From contig NW_026948141.1 of NCBI RefSeq assembly GCF_963921235.1, forward strand, positions 186,001 through 250,000: 64,000 nt of DNA, written 5' to 3'. This document shows positions 13,400-26,799 of the stretch, piece after piece. The number at the start of each line of letters is the position of its first letter. Positions within the stretch are counted from its first letter, which is position 1. Source of the DNA: Mobula hypostoma. Its lineage: Eukaryota. The translations under genes and the position numbers were made by a program. The notes under the pieces were generated by a model. That model was given only the letters and a program-made list of their open reading frames with translations, was not told the origin of the DNA and did no database searches.

Positions 13400-14715
13400 T
13401 AACAGTACAGCACAGGAACAGGCCCTTCAGCCCACAACATTGTGCTGAACCAACTAAATTAGTAATTAAATGAATCTCTTCTGCCTGCACAATGCCCATA
13501 TCCCTCCATTTTCCTCACATTCATGTGCGTATCTAAACATCTCTTAAAAGTCTCTAATGTATTTGCTTCTACCCCCACCCCAGGCAACACATTCTGGGCA
13601 CCCACCACTCTCTGTGTAGAAAACTTGTCCCATACATCTCCTTCGAAACTATTCCTTTCAGCTTAAATGCATGCCCTCTGGTATTAGGCATTTTAACCCT
13701 ATGAAGAAGTTACTGCCTGTCTACTCTATCTCTGCCTCTCATAATCTTGTAAACCTCTATCAGATCTCCCCTCAGTCTTCGCCACTCCAAAGAAAACAAC
13801 CCAAGTTTATCCAACCTCTAATATAGTCACAGTCATAGTCATACTTTATTGATCCTGGGGGAAATTGGTTAATTGGTTATAGGCAGCATCATGCTAAACC
13901 CAATGAAGGGTTTCGGTTCGAAATGTCCACTGTACTTTTCCTAGATGCTGTCTGGCCTGCTGAGTTCCTCCAGCATTTTGTGTGTATTGTTTGGATTTCC
14001 AGCATCTGTAAATTTTCTCTTGTTTCTCATGGTGAACCTCTTCTGCACCCTCTCCAAAGCCTCAACATCGTTCCTATAATGGGGTGAACAGAATTGCATG
14101 CAATACTCCAGATGTGGTCTAACTAGAGTTTTATAAAGCTGCAACATAGCTTCCTGACTTGTGAATTTAGTGCCTCGACTAATAAAGACAAGCATGCCGT
14201 ATGCTTTCTTATCTATATGTGCTGCCACTTTCTGGGAGCTGTGAACTTCCATTGCTCACCAACACTGTTAACGGTCTTGTCCTTAATAGTGTACTGTCAT
14301 TTTGCACTTTGGCCTACTAAGGTGCAACAATTCACATTTGGCTGGTTTAAACTCAATTTCTCCGCCCATATCTGCAACTGATCTATAGCCAGTCATCGAC
14401 GCGATCCACAATACCACCAATCTTTGTATCATTTGCAAACTTACTTACTCTGTCATCTACATTTTCACCCTGGTCATTTATATATATCACAAACAGCGGA
14501 GGTCCTAGTACAGATCCCTGTGGAACACCACCAATCACAGACCTCCAGCTGGAATAAGTCCTTTCAACCACCACCCTCTGTCGTCTACGAGCAAGCCATT
14601 TCTAAATCCAAATAGCTAATTCAATGTGGAGACAATGTATTTTAATCCCCTGGATGAGCCTTCCATGAAGGACCTTGTTAAATACCTTACTAAAATCCAT
14701 GTAGAGAACACCCAC
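13400..14715 (-). mobile_element. Truncated CR1 LINE with Penelope-tail insert (~13900-14025)
   Basis: ORFs 13941-14252 and 14383-14574 (GVPQGSVLGP, KFANDTKIGG). Confidence 0.85.
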
Positions 14716-15317
14716 AGCTCATTCATTTGAAGCAATTGATTTCTGGGCCTTAAGGGGGCCGACGGATATTGTGATGTTGCAGGAAATTGGGGCTGAAGTA
14801 TGAGATCCTGTAGTTGTAATAACTGATGGAGACCAGCAAAATTCTCACGTTTCCCAATAAAACCTATCTCTTCTGATCTCATATTTCTTCAACCAAACGG
14901 CAGCATAGTAGCATACCACTATTACACCACCAGTGAGCCAGGTTCAATTCTGCTGCTGTCAGTAAGGAGTTTGTCTATTCTCCCTGTATCCATGTTCTCT
15001 GGTTTCCTCCAAGTTCCAAAGACGTACTAGTTAGCAGGTTAATTGGTTGGATGGGTGTAATTGGGTCGCACAGACTTGTTAGGTTGCAACGGCTGTTACT
15101 GTGCTGTATCTCTGAATAAAGTAAAAACTCTGTGTGTGTGATTACAGAGATGTAGCAATGGTCTCAGTGCTTACTAACTGAGCATTAACATGCATTTACA
15201 CTTACCCATGGCTAAAGGCCTCATCTAAGATCATATATTTCAAGAAAATTACCTTAACCAAACAAAAATCAATACCAAAAGCTGCACTGCTCTGACATTT
15301 CCTAACTCCTTCCAAAG

Positions 15318-15499
15318 GCGCCTCGAAGCTATTATTAAGGAACAAGAACCGCAGGTGTTGAAAATTCATCACAATGATGACGACGCTGTAGAAGACAGTA
15401 TCAATGAGGAGGAGATGATGACCATCAGCTCCAACGAATGGAGTGACCCAGTTTCACCAGAACCTGTGTACCCATTGACTCTCCATCCTTCACCCCCAA
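15318..15499 (+). CDS. LRRC56: LRRC56 coding exon
   Basis: ccttccaaag|G acceptor and CAA|gtaaga donor. Open frame RLEAIIKEQEPQVLKIHHNDDD...HPSPP, phase 2 to 1. Not in the ORF track. Confidence 0.8.
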
Positions 15500-15809
15500 G
15501 TAAGATGAATGTTTGATTTAATTGAGCAGTTTTGTTCTCTTTTAAAATCTTTGCATCTACAGAAGTGGATGTTGCTGCATGGCTAACAATTATTGACCAA
15601 TCCTAATTGCTCCTGAACTAGATGGCTTGTTCAGCCATTTCAGAAGGTAGCTGAATCAAGCACATTAGCCAGACTGACCAAGACATGGTAAACTTCCTTC
15701 CATGAAGGATATTAATAAACCTCGATTTAGAAACAGCCTTTCACACACTCGGCTTCTTAGGAACAACTTCTTCCCCTCCACAACGGATTTCTGAATGGTC
15801 CATGAAACA

Positions 15810-17750
15810 AATTCCAAAGTAAATCTATTATCAATTAACATATATGTCACCATATACAACCCAGAGATTAATTTTCCTACAGGCATTCACAGTAAATCCA
15901 ATAACTATAATGGGATCAATGGAAGACTGCACTGAACAGGGCAGACAGACAACTAATATGCATAAGACAATAGACTCTGCAAATACAAAAGAGAAAAATA
16001 ATAAATAAATAAATAGATTAACAAACAAAAAGAAATAAGCAAGCAAGCAATAAATATCAAGAACATGAAAAGTCCTTGAAAGTGAGTTCATGGGTTGTGG
16101 AAACAGTTCAATGAGGGGGTGAATTGAAGTTGAGTGAAGTTATCCCCTTTGGTTCAAGAGCCTGATGGTTGAGAGTTAGTAACTGCTCCTGAGCCTGGTG
16201 TTGCTGACTCCGAGGCTCATCTCCCTTCTCTCTGATGGCAGCAGTGAGAAGAGAGCATGTCCTGGATGGCGGGGGGAGTCCCTGATGATGGAAGCCACTT
16301 TCCTGCAACAGTGCTCAATGGTGAGGAGGGGTTTACCGATGGTAAACTGGGCTATATCCACTACTTTTTGTAGGGTTTTCCATTTAAGGGCATTGATGTT
16401 TCCATACCAGGCTGTGATGCAACCAATCAATATGCTCTCCACCACACATCTATTGAGGTTTGTCAGAGTATTGAATATCATGCTAATAATCTTTGCAAAC
16501 TTCTAAGGAAGTAGAGGCACTGCCGTGCTTTCTTTGTAATTGCGCTTACGTGCTGGGCCTAGGACAGGTCCTCTGAAGTGATGACACTGAAAATCTAAAG
16601 TTGCTTCCCCTCCTTCGATATCCCAATGAAGACCTGCTTATGGACCTCCAGTTTCCTCTCCTGAAGCCAATAATCAGCACTTGGTGTTTGCTGTTGTGGC
16701 ACCTCTCAACCAGACTTTCAATTTCCCTCCTATATGCTGATTCCTCACCAGCTTTGATTCGGCCAACAACAGTGTGTTGTCAGCAAACTGAAATATGCAT
16801 TGGAGCTGTGCTTAGCCACACAGTCATAAGTGTAAACCGAGCAGAGCAGGAGCTAAGCACACAGCCTTGTGGTGCACCTGTGCTGATGCAGATCATGAAG
16901 GGGATGCCATTGCCAATCCAAACTGACTGGGATCTGCAAGTGAGGAAATTGGACAAGATGAGTCCAATCCACTGACTCAGAGCAATCTCTGCCTCCCGCA
17001 ACCACCTCTTCACTGTCCTTATCGCTGCTGCCATTCTTTTTAGCCTCTGCTTGTATGCAGGTGGGAGAAGGACAGCCGTGATCAGATTTACCGAAATGCA
17101 GTCTGGGCGTGGAATGATAGACATTATAGTATTGTAGTGTTTGAGTGCGTTGGGACCTCTGGCGCTACAGGTTATCTGCTGATGGCAGAGATTTCTTCAA
17201 TCAAGCCTGGCTGAAGTCCCTGACTATGATCTGAAATGCATCACTGTGGCCTGTTTCTTGTTTGGTGAAGGCAGCATGCAGTATCTCAAGCGCTTGATTA
17301 CAGTCAGCCTTTGGCAATGTATAAACTGCTGTCAGGATCACGGAAGAGAATTCTCTTGGTAAATGGAATGATTGGCATTTAATCATTAGGTGTTCCACGT
17401 CGAGGAAAATATGAGTACGACAAAACTGGTACATCAGAGCACCACAGAGAGTTTATCATGAAACACACACCCCCATCTTTTGCCTTTTTTGAATCAGAAG
17501 TTTGGTCCAACTTCCGTATCGAGAAGCCTTCGGGTCTGATTTACCATGTCTCAGTAAAACATTGAACACAGTTTCTCGTTTCCCTTCAATACAGCATTCT
17601 CGTTCTCAGGTCCTCAATCTTATTCTCCAGCTACTGCATATTTGCTAACAAGATGCTGGGTGAAGGGTGTTCCATCCCTCTGTGCTTCCCCCGCCTTGCT
17701 TCCGGCCACCTTAGTCTGCCGAAAGGCGCTGCACTTGTTTGCTTGAGAGT
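15810..17750 (-). mobile_element. Internally deleted Rex1/Babar LINE
   Basis: HLPREFSSVILTAVY (APE), STGAPQGCVLS (RT), CVVESILxGCITAWYGN and HPGHALFSLLPS, plus characteristic 3' tail. Confidence 0.85.
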
Positions 17751-19429
17751 TTAGTCTGCTGAATGCTTCAGAAGATCGTGAAACCTGTAGTTCATTACGT
17801 TGGTTCAAAAGTACTTTGCTTAAAAGGAAATTACATGCTGCAGGTTGCAGTGGGAGTAATTCAAAAGAACAGTATATTGAGAAGTTTCGTAAGCAGTCAG
17901 CAATACATTGCAGCACCATTGAATACTACCTCACTATTTTTGCTCTTTTTATTCTTATTTTGTTTAGTGATACAGCGCGGCGCGGAGAAGGCCCCTCAGA
18001 ACCCTCAAACAACAACGCCTCAGCAACCCTGACAAACTGATTAACCCTACCCTGATCACGGGACAATTTACAATGACCAATTAATCTACCCAGTATGTCT
18101 TTGGACTGTGGGAAGAAACCAAAGCACCCTGGGAAAACCCACTCATTCCATGGGGAAGATGTACAGACTTCTGACAGAATTGTGCCAGGTTGCACTCCGA
18201 CTTCCGAATGCCCAGAGCTGTAAAAGCATTGCGCTAACCACTACGCCACCGTAACGGTTTTTGGACTACTTTATATATATATAGTTCTGGCACCATTACT
18301 CGAGAAAAGTATGATATTTTCCCAAGGGGTTGTCTTTTGGTGGGTCCTCGGGTGGCTGTAGTGGTCAGTCTGGGATCCACATAATAGGGATGTTGTGGTG
18401 GGTCCTCCCAATGGAGAATGCCTATCCGTGTCTTTGTTTAACATGGGGAGGTTGATGCATGGGCAGCCACCACACAGTGCTGATGGAGTGCAATATGACT
18501 GGAGACACCTCACTGCCTCAGCCTTCCTGCACCTTCACCATCTTCCACAAGTTCCACTGTTGAGGTCTTGTGCCACAGATCAACAAATTTCGGAACATAT
18601 GTCAGTGATAATCAACCTGATTTTGCTTCTGAACCTGTCCAGCATCTTTACGGTTGCCATGGTCGCAGCTAGATTTTAGTTGGCAGATTTGTTTAAATTC
18701 CCCAGCTGTCATGGTAGGGTAGGAATTCCTAGCTATGATTAATATTCCAGGCTACTGGATAATTATCAGCCAACTTCTGCCATTTATCTCACTGGCTGCT
18801 CTGTTACTCAATACTGAGGGAAGGCAGCCAGTCAAAGACCCCCCCCCCCAGACATTCTCTCTTCTCCTCCCTCCCATCAGGCAGAAGGTACAAAGCACAA
18901 GCCACCAGGCTCATGGACAACTTCTACCCTGCTGTTTTAGAACTTTTAAATAGTCTCTTGTATGATAAGATGGACTCTTGACCTTGCAATCTACCTCGTT
19001 ATGGTCTTGCACTTTATTAGCAGCACACCCTTTCAGTAGTTTTTACACTTTAATCTGCATGGCTTTGTTTTACCTTGACTTATCTCAATGCACTGTGTAC
19101 TGACTTGATCTTTATCAGTTTGTAAAACAAGCTTGCAAGGCCCAATGCCCTTGAACAGAAAATCCTACAAAAAGTAATGGATATGGCCCAGTCTATCACA
19201 GGTAAACTATTCAGCACATTGACATCGAGCGCTGTTGCAAGAAAGCAGCATCCATCATCCAGCCCGTGGTCTCTTCTTGCTACTGCCATCAGAAAGGGAA
19301 CACGGGAACCTCAGAACCCACACCACCAGGAATAGTTATCACCCCTCACCATCAGGCTCTTGAACCAGAGGGGGTAACTTCACTGAACTGTTCCCAATAC
19401 CTATGGACTCTTCATCTCATGTTCTTAGC

Positions 19430-20795
19430 AACACAGAAAACCTACAGCACAATACAGGCCCTTCGGCCCACAATGTTGTGCCAAACATATCCCTACCTTA
19501 GAAATTACTAGGCTTGCCTTTAGCCCTCTATTTTACTAAGCTCCATGAACCTATCCAAAAGTCTCTTAAAAGAGCAAGAGGATAAGACGTGAAAGAATAG
19601 GACCTATCAAGTGTGACAGTGGGAAAGTCTGTATGGAACCAGAGGAAATAGCAGAGGTACTTAATGAATACTTTACTTCAGTATTCACTGTGGAAAAGGA
19701 TCTTGGTGATTGTAGTGATGACTTGCAGCAGACTGAAAAGCTTGAGCATGTAGATATTAAGACAGAGGATGTGCTGCAGCTTTTGGGAAGCATCAAATTG
19801 GGTAAGTCACCGGTACTGGATGTGCAGAACTCCACACAAATATTCCCTGAACATTTGCCACATTTCTTCCGTACTTTTCCATGAGAACATTTGTTTCCAA
19901 TTTAAACCTCCAATTTCCTGCCTGATAGCCTCATAATTCCCCTTACTCCAATTAAACGCTTTTCTAACTTGTCTGTTCCTATCCCTCGCCAATGCTATTG
20001 TAAAGGAGATAGAATTATGATCACTATCTCCAAGATGCTCTCCCACTGAGAGATCTGACACCTAACCAGGTTCATTTCCCAATACCAGATCAAGTACAGT
20101 CTTTCCTCTTGTAGGCTTATCTACATATTGTGTCAGAAAACCTTCCTGAACACACCTAACAAACTCCACCCCATCTAAACCCCTTGCTCTAGGGAGATGC
20201 TAATCGATATTTGGGAAATTAAAATCTCCCATCATGACAACTCTGTTATTATTACACCTTTCCAGGATCTGTTTCTCTATCTGCTCCTCGATATCCCTGT
20301 TACTATTGGGCAGCCTATAAAAAACACCCAGTAGAGTTATTGACCCCTTCTTGTTCCTAATTTCCACCCACAGAGACTCCGTAGACAATCCCTCCATGAT
20401 ATCCACCTTTTCTGCAGCCGTGACATTATCTCTGATCAACAGTGCCATGCCCCCACCTCTTTTGCCTCCCTCCCTGTCCTTTCTGAAACATCTAAAACCC
20501 GGCACCTGAAGTAACCATTCCTGTCCCTGAGCCATCCAAGTCTCTGTAATGGCCACAACATCATACCTCCAAGTACTGATCCACACTCTAAACTCATCCG
20601 CTTTGTTCACAACACTCCTTGTGTTAAAATAGACACATCTCAAACCTTCAGTCTGAGCACGTCCCTTCTCAATCACCTGCCTATCCTCCCTCTCGCACTG
20701 TCTCCAAGCTTTCTCTATTTGTGAGCCAACCCCCTCTTCCCCAGTCTCTTCAGTTCGGTTCCCACCCCCCAATAATTCTAGTTTAAACTCTCCCC
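19430..20795 (-). mobile_element. Rearranged CR1 (APE region on -, inverted tether segment 19570-19815 on +, 3' tail)
   Basis: ORF 20200-20772 YDVVAITETW...GDFNFPNID; ORF 19807-20061 LGDSDHNSI; + strand EVLNEYFTSVFT. Confidence 0.85.
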
Positions 20796-21834
20796 AGTTC
20801 TTGATACTTATTGCTTATTTATTATTATTATTTCTTTTTGTTTGTATTTGAACGGTTTGTTGTCTTTTGTGGTTGTTTGTCCGTCCTGTTGGGTGTGGTC
20901 TTTTATTGATTCTTTTATGTTTCTTGAATTTACTGAATGTGCCCACAAGAAAATGAATTTCAACGTTGCATATCGTGACATAAAAATACTTTGATAATAA
21001 ACTTACTTTGAACTTTGAAGCTTTTCATATATCTTGTAGTGAACCAATGCATGATTCTGATCACTATTAAATGTTCCATAGCCATTTCTGCTCTGGGAAT
21101 ACAGCCCCAGCTTCTCTTTCACAGAATTGCAAGTCCTTCTGCTGAAGACCAGACTGATAAATGCCCCCTAGACTTTTGCTAAAGTTTTGGCATTCCTCTG
21201 GATGTCTGAGGCCCAGACTGCACTCTGTACAACAGCTGGAACTGCAGCATAATGCTTTACAGTCCTAGCAACCCAGGTTCAGTTCTGCTGTTCCTATGTT
21301 CTTCTGGTGACCCCATGGGTTTCCTCTGGGTGGTCTAGTTTCCACATTACAAAGGCAGGTTACTCGTCACATGGGTGTCATTGGGTGGCATGGATGCATT
21401 GGCCAGGAAATCACTCTGGTTCCCCACTTCCTCCATCAACAAGGTGTGGTGCTTGTGACTTGGGGCATTTACACCAGATGTTTGCCCATTGTCGTGTTAA
21501 ATATCGTCAAGTTCTAGCACAGCCTCAGAACAAAGGGACATCAATTTAGAACCGAGAAGAGGGCAAATTTTTTTAGCCAGAGGGTGGCGAATCTATGGAA
21601 TTCATTTCCACTGATGGCTGTGGAAACCAAGTCATTGGATGCATTTAAAGCGAAGGTGGATAGGTTTTCCATCAATCAGTCAGGGCGTCAAAGGGTAAGG
21701 GAGAAGGCAGGAGAATGGGCTTGAGAGGACTATTAAATCAGCCATGGTACAGCAGACTCAAATGGCCTAATTCTGTTCCTATGCCTTTAGGACTTAAACT
21801 TGTGTGTCACTGATCGGTGAATGTATTTCTCTAG

Positions 21835-22159
21835 CAGATATGCCTTCTGACATGGAAGCTTCACTGGTTACAGCCTTCAATCAGGCACTGTCTCCCACTC
21901 CTCCATCAGCTCAGGAAGCAGCAAACCAACACAGTGTCCTTGACTTCAGGGTTGGACGCTTGAGGAGAGTTCTCCCTAAAGGAAACGAGCTCACGCAGGA
22001 AGAGGACGGAAGTTCTGCTCCGCTTGCTGAAGGCAGTGCAGCCTCGAATTTACCCGGAGTTAAAGTGAGAGATATGCCTGCTGGGCTGATGGTGAACTCT
22101 GGCATGAAGAGCCTCAGACCAGTGTCCGGGCTGGCCACAGTCGGATCACGAACCATGAG
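21835..22159 (+). CDS. LRRC56: LRRC56 coding exon (low-complexity C-terminal region)
   Basis: ttctctag|cag acceptor (NAGNAG) and GAG|gtatga donor. Lies within ORF 21804-22208; phase 1 to 2 fits both flanking exons. Confidence 0.75.
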
Positions 22160-22399
22160 GTATGATGGCACAGCTGTCCGCAGCCCAGCTCAGATTGTCA
22201 CAATGTGACTGGGTGGGGCAGGTGGATACGTGGAGTTGTTGGTGGTTGAAGTTTGATTGTTGCAAGGTGACGGGGTGGGGCAGATGGATACATGGATCTG
22301 TTGGTGGTTGAAGTTTAGCTGAGTGGATGGTTGACGAAATAATAGTGTGATTATTCGAGTTGTCCTCCTAAAGGGTTTTTCTCAGCGAATGACAGTTGG

Positions 22400-22930
22400 C
22401 GCAGGTCCAATAAAAAGAAAGGAGGTGTAAACAGAGGGGCCATTGGTGGAGAGAGGCAATGCTAGAGTGATTTGGCTTTGGCTCAACAGGCTCAGGCAAG
22501 CACAGACTCAGGCTCTAAGTAAGAAAGAAAGAAAGTTTCTGGTAATTTTGTTTCTGTTAGTACATAGCTAGTGCACTGAGAATGGGTCCAGAGGCAGTGG
22601 TATGTTCCTTGTGTGAGATGTGGGGTATTTGGGAGACCTCCAGTCTCCCTGATAACTATGTATATCTGCATGAAGTGCATTGAACTGCAACTTCTTAAAG
22701 ACTATGTTAAGGAACTGGAGCTGCAGCTTGATGACTTTTGGCTCATACGGGAGAACGAGGAGGCGACAGACAGGAGCTACATGGGGTGGTCACCCCTAGG
22801 TTGCAGGAAGCAGCTACCTGGGTGACTGTCAAGAGAGGGAAAGGGAATAGGCAGCCCGTGCGGAGTATCCCTGTGAACGTTCCCCTCAGTAATAAGTACA
22901 CCACTTTGGATACTGTTGGGAGGGAGGGGA
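22400..22930 (+). mobile_element. CR1 5' end / ORF1 N-terminus (Zn-finger and coiled coil)
   Basis: VVCSLCEMW...ICMKCIELQLLKDYVKELELQLDD and VPLSNKYTTLDTVG. Confidence 0.8.
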
Positions 22931-23019
22931 CAACCTGTATGCAAGACTATGTTTTCACTGCATCTCAGTATACGTGACAATAATAAATCAATTCCAACTT
23001 GAATTCCAGAGAAGATCTA

Positions 23020-25440
23020 TAAGAACATAAGACATGGGAGCAGAATGAGGCCATTCAGCCCATCCAGTCTGCTCCACCGTTCATCATAGCTGATTTATAA
23101 ATCCCTCTCAACCCCATAACCTTTGATGCCGTGACTAGTCAAGAACATATCAATCTCTGATTTATATACCCAATGACTCGACCTCCACAATTATTTGTGG
23201 CAATAAATTCGACAGATTCGCCACCCTCTGGCTAAAGAAATTCCTCCTTATCTTTTTTCTAAATGGACGTTCTTCTATGCTGAGACTGTCCTTTGATCCT
23301 AGACTCTCGCACTGTAGGATTCTTCCTATAAAAGGGCAACCAAAAGTACAGTGAATGAAGTGACAGATACCAGCCATCCATAACCAGCCTGCTATACAAC
23401 CATGGACAGTATTATGGAAGATCTCTCTTAGATTTGTGTAGCTCAAAAACACTTTGTGTCTTCCTGTGCTTTTCTGCATGATACCAACAGGCCCACCACA
23501 GACCTGGTCCTGGGACAGGGTGGGACTGGACAAGGCAGTGTCATTGCATCAGTTCTCCTCTTGATCTTGAAAGTAAACAAGGTCAGAAAATTCTGGAACA
23601 CTCAGCAGGTCAAGCAGTATCTGTAGGAGAGTTAATAGATTACATAAAACATAGAACATCACATTCAGCGCACAATGAAATTAGGAGAGCCAGAAGGGGC
23701 TATGAGAAGGCCTTGGCGGACAGGATTGAGGAAAAGCCCCAGGCTACTGTGGAAAGCGAGGGAGGAGATTACTGAGCCTCTGGCGATGATCTTTGCATCA
23801 TCAATGAGGACGGGAGAGGTTCTGGAGGATTGGAGGGTTGTAGATGTTCTTCCCTTATTCAAGAAAAGGAGTAGAGATAGCCCAGGAAATCATAGGTTAG
23901 TGAATCTTACTTCAGTGGTTGCCTGGATTGGGAAGCATGATGTACGAGAATAGGGTGAGTGAACTCAGCTTTTTTCCATGGAGCGACGGAGGATGAGAGG
24001 TGACCTGACAGAGGTGTACAAGATAATGAGAGGTATTGATCGTGTGGATAGTCAGAGGCTTTTTCCCAGGACAGAAATGGCTAGCACGAGAGGGCATAGT
24101 TTTAAGGTGCTTGGAGTAGGTACAGAGGAGATGTCAGGGTTAAGTTTTATACGCAGAGTGGTGATTGCGTGGAATGGGCTGCCGGTGGCGATGGTGGAGG
24201 CGGAAACGACAGGGTCTTTTAAGAGACTCCTGGGTGGATACATGGAGCTTAGAAAAATAGAGGGCTATGGGTAAGCCTAGGTAATTCTAAGGTAAGGACA
24301 TGTTCTGCACTGCTTTGTGGGCCGAATGGCCTGTATTGTGTTGTAGGTTTTCTATGTTCTAATGTTGTGCCTATCTTGAAGCCAATTTATACTAAGTATC
24401 CTTCTCCTGCATATCATCCATATCCCTCCACTCGTTTCAGATTCACTTATCTATCTAAAAGCCACAAAGTCCTAAATGGGCTGCTTCCACTACTACCTCT
24501 GGTAACCTATTTCATACACCTACTATACTCACCTTTAAAGTTCCCTCCTCAAATCAGAAATCCTCTGATGTTTGACACTTCTGTCAAAGTAACATATTCT
24601 GTCTGTCCACTCTATATGTGCTTCTCATAATTTTATAAAGCTCTATCAATCTCCCCTTAGTACCAACACTGCAGAAAAAATGACCCAAATTAATCCAATT
24701 TCTCCTTATAGCTCCTGCCTTCTAATCCAGGCCACATCCTGGTAAACCTCTTCTGCACCGTCTCCCAACATTTCGACATCCTCCTATAATGCGGCAAACA
24801 GAACTGCAGATAATACGTCAAGTATGGTCTGAAATAAAGTTTTATACAGCTGCAATGTGACTTCATTACTCACCACCTCTACACCATACTCCTTCATTAT
24901 CCACGTGCAGAGACACTTTCAGTGAACCCTGGACCTGGGCCCCAAGATCCTCCATGTGATTACGAGGCCTATCATTATCAGAATCAGAATCAGGTTTAAT
25001 ATCACTGGCATACGGTACATCGTGGAATTTGTTGTTCTGCGGTAGCAGTACATTGCAATACTTAATAATAAAATTTGTTATTTGCAGTAAGAAATATAAA
25101 ATACTGAGGCAGTGTTCAAAGGTTCATTGTCTGTTTAGAAATCTGATAGCGTAGGGGGAGAAACTGTTCCTGAAACGTGTGGCTTCAGGCTCCTGTATCT
25201 CCTCCTTGATGGTAGCAATGAGAAGAGAGCATGTCTGGGTGATGGCCAACACCTTCTATCATATTTTGAAGATGTCCTCGATGCTGGAGAGGCTGGAGCC
25301 CATGATGGAGCTGGCTGAGTTTACAACTTTCTGCAGCTTTCTTCAATCCTGTGTGGTGACCCGTCAATACCAGACGGTGATGCAACCAGTTAGAGTGCTC
25401 TCCACGGTACATCTGTAGAAATTTGTGAGTGTGTTTGGTA
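23020..25440. mobile_element. Cluster of CR1 fragments (both strands) and a Rex1 3' fragment
   Basis: ORFs 23675-23953 and 23978-24274 (CR1); minus-strand CR1 at 23020-23330 and 24365-24960; Rex1-type tail at 25000-25440. Confidence 0.75.
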
Positions 25441-26799
25441 CAGTAACTGTATAATTTCTCCTTTCCTTTGATATCCCAAAGTACAACACATCACATTTTG
25501 CATTTTGATCACTCCAGCCTGAGCCATTGAGTTATAAGGACCTTTTGTTACAAATACATTTGGATAATGACTCCTTCACTGAAGCCTAGGAGACACTGAC
25601 ATGCTTGTTAAACAACTGAAACGTGAACATACTTCACTGGTGTCACACTGCCCACTGATGGTCAGAGCACCTGATGAAACTCCAGACACTTGGTTCACGT
25701 TCCATACCTGAGGAGGCGTGTGTCAATGGCAAAACCTACAGTTAGCTGCTATGCAGCAACAGAGACCTCCAACACCCGAGGAAAGGAGTGGCTGACAGAG
25801 TGTCCAGGTGAAGGGTCTGGACCCGAAACGTTGTCTCTCCATTCCCTTCCACTTCCACAAATGCAACCTGACCCTCTGAGTTCCTCTGGCAGATTGTTTG
25901 TTGCTCCTGATTCCAGCTTCAGCCCTTTCTTGTGTCTCCCCAAACACCAATGTTCACAGAGTGGAGATCGCTGCCCTCCAATATACAACTGAGAAGTAGA
26001 CTCCTTGTAGCCGGGTGTCAACATCAGAGGATCTACTCTGGGCCCAGAACACTTATGCAATCATGAAGGGGGCTATATTTCATTCGGAGTCTGAGGACAT
26101 TTGGTATGTCACCAAAACCTCTTGAAAATGTCTGCAGGTGTGGCAAGGAGAGCGTTCTGACTGGTGGCATCACCGATTGGTCTGGAGGAGCCACTGCAGA
26201 GGGTTGTAATCTCAGCCAGCTCCATCACAGGCACAACCCGCCCCCCCCCCCCCCCCAGTGAGCACACCTTCAAAAGGCAATGCCTCAGGAAGGCAGCATC
26301 CATTACTACCCATCCTGAGGAGGGACACTCAACAAATCATAAACAGCTTCAGCTTCTTCCCCTCCACCAACAGATTTCTGAATGCTCCACAAATCTATGA
26401 ACACTACACCTCATTATTCTTTATTGTTGCAGTATTTTGTTTGTAATTTATAGCAATTTTTAAAACTTTGCTCTTTACTGCTGCTAAGCAAATAACAAAC
26501 ATCACATCATTTAACTCAGAGATAATCATACTGGTTCTGTTGGGATCCTTCGAAATCACGGGTATGATGGGCAATCAGTTTCAGTGTCAGGTCAACACCC
26601 AGCATGCAGGGGTGGCGGCTTGTTTCTGAGATGTAGTAATGCCTTGGATATGACAGCAGGGCGCCTGCTGTTGAGGATAGTGAGAAATATTGAATACACT
26701 AGATGGAGATATTTATCACGACTGCTACTTACACAGGACCCTTTGCACAATTACAGAAACAGTTACTTTCCACCCATTAACCCACCCCCATCACCACTA

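Noticed and set aside
22211..22316. Two-copy ~45-bp direct repeat after LRRC56 exon
   Set aside because: Simple local duplication with no further supporting signal.
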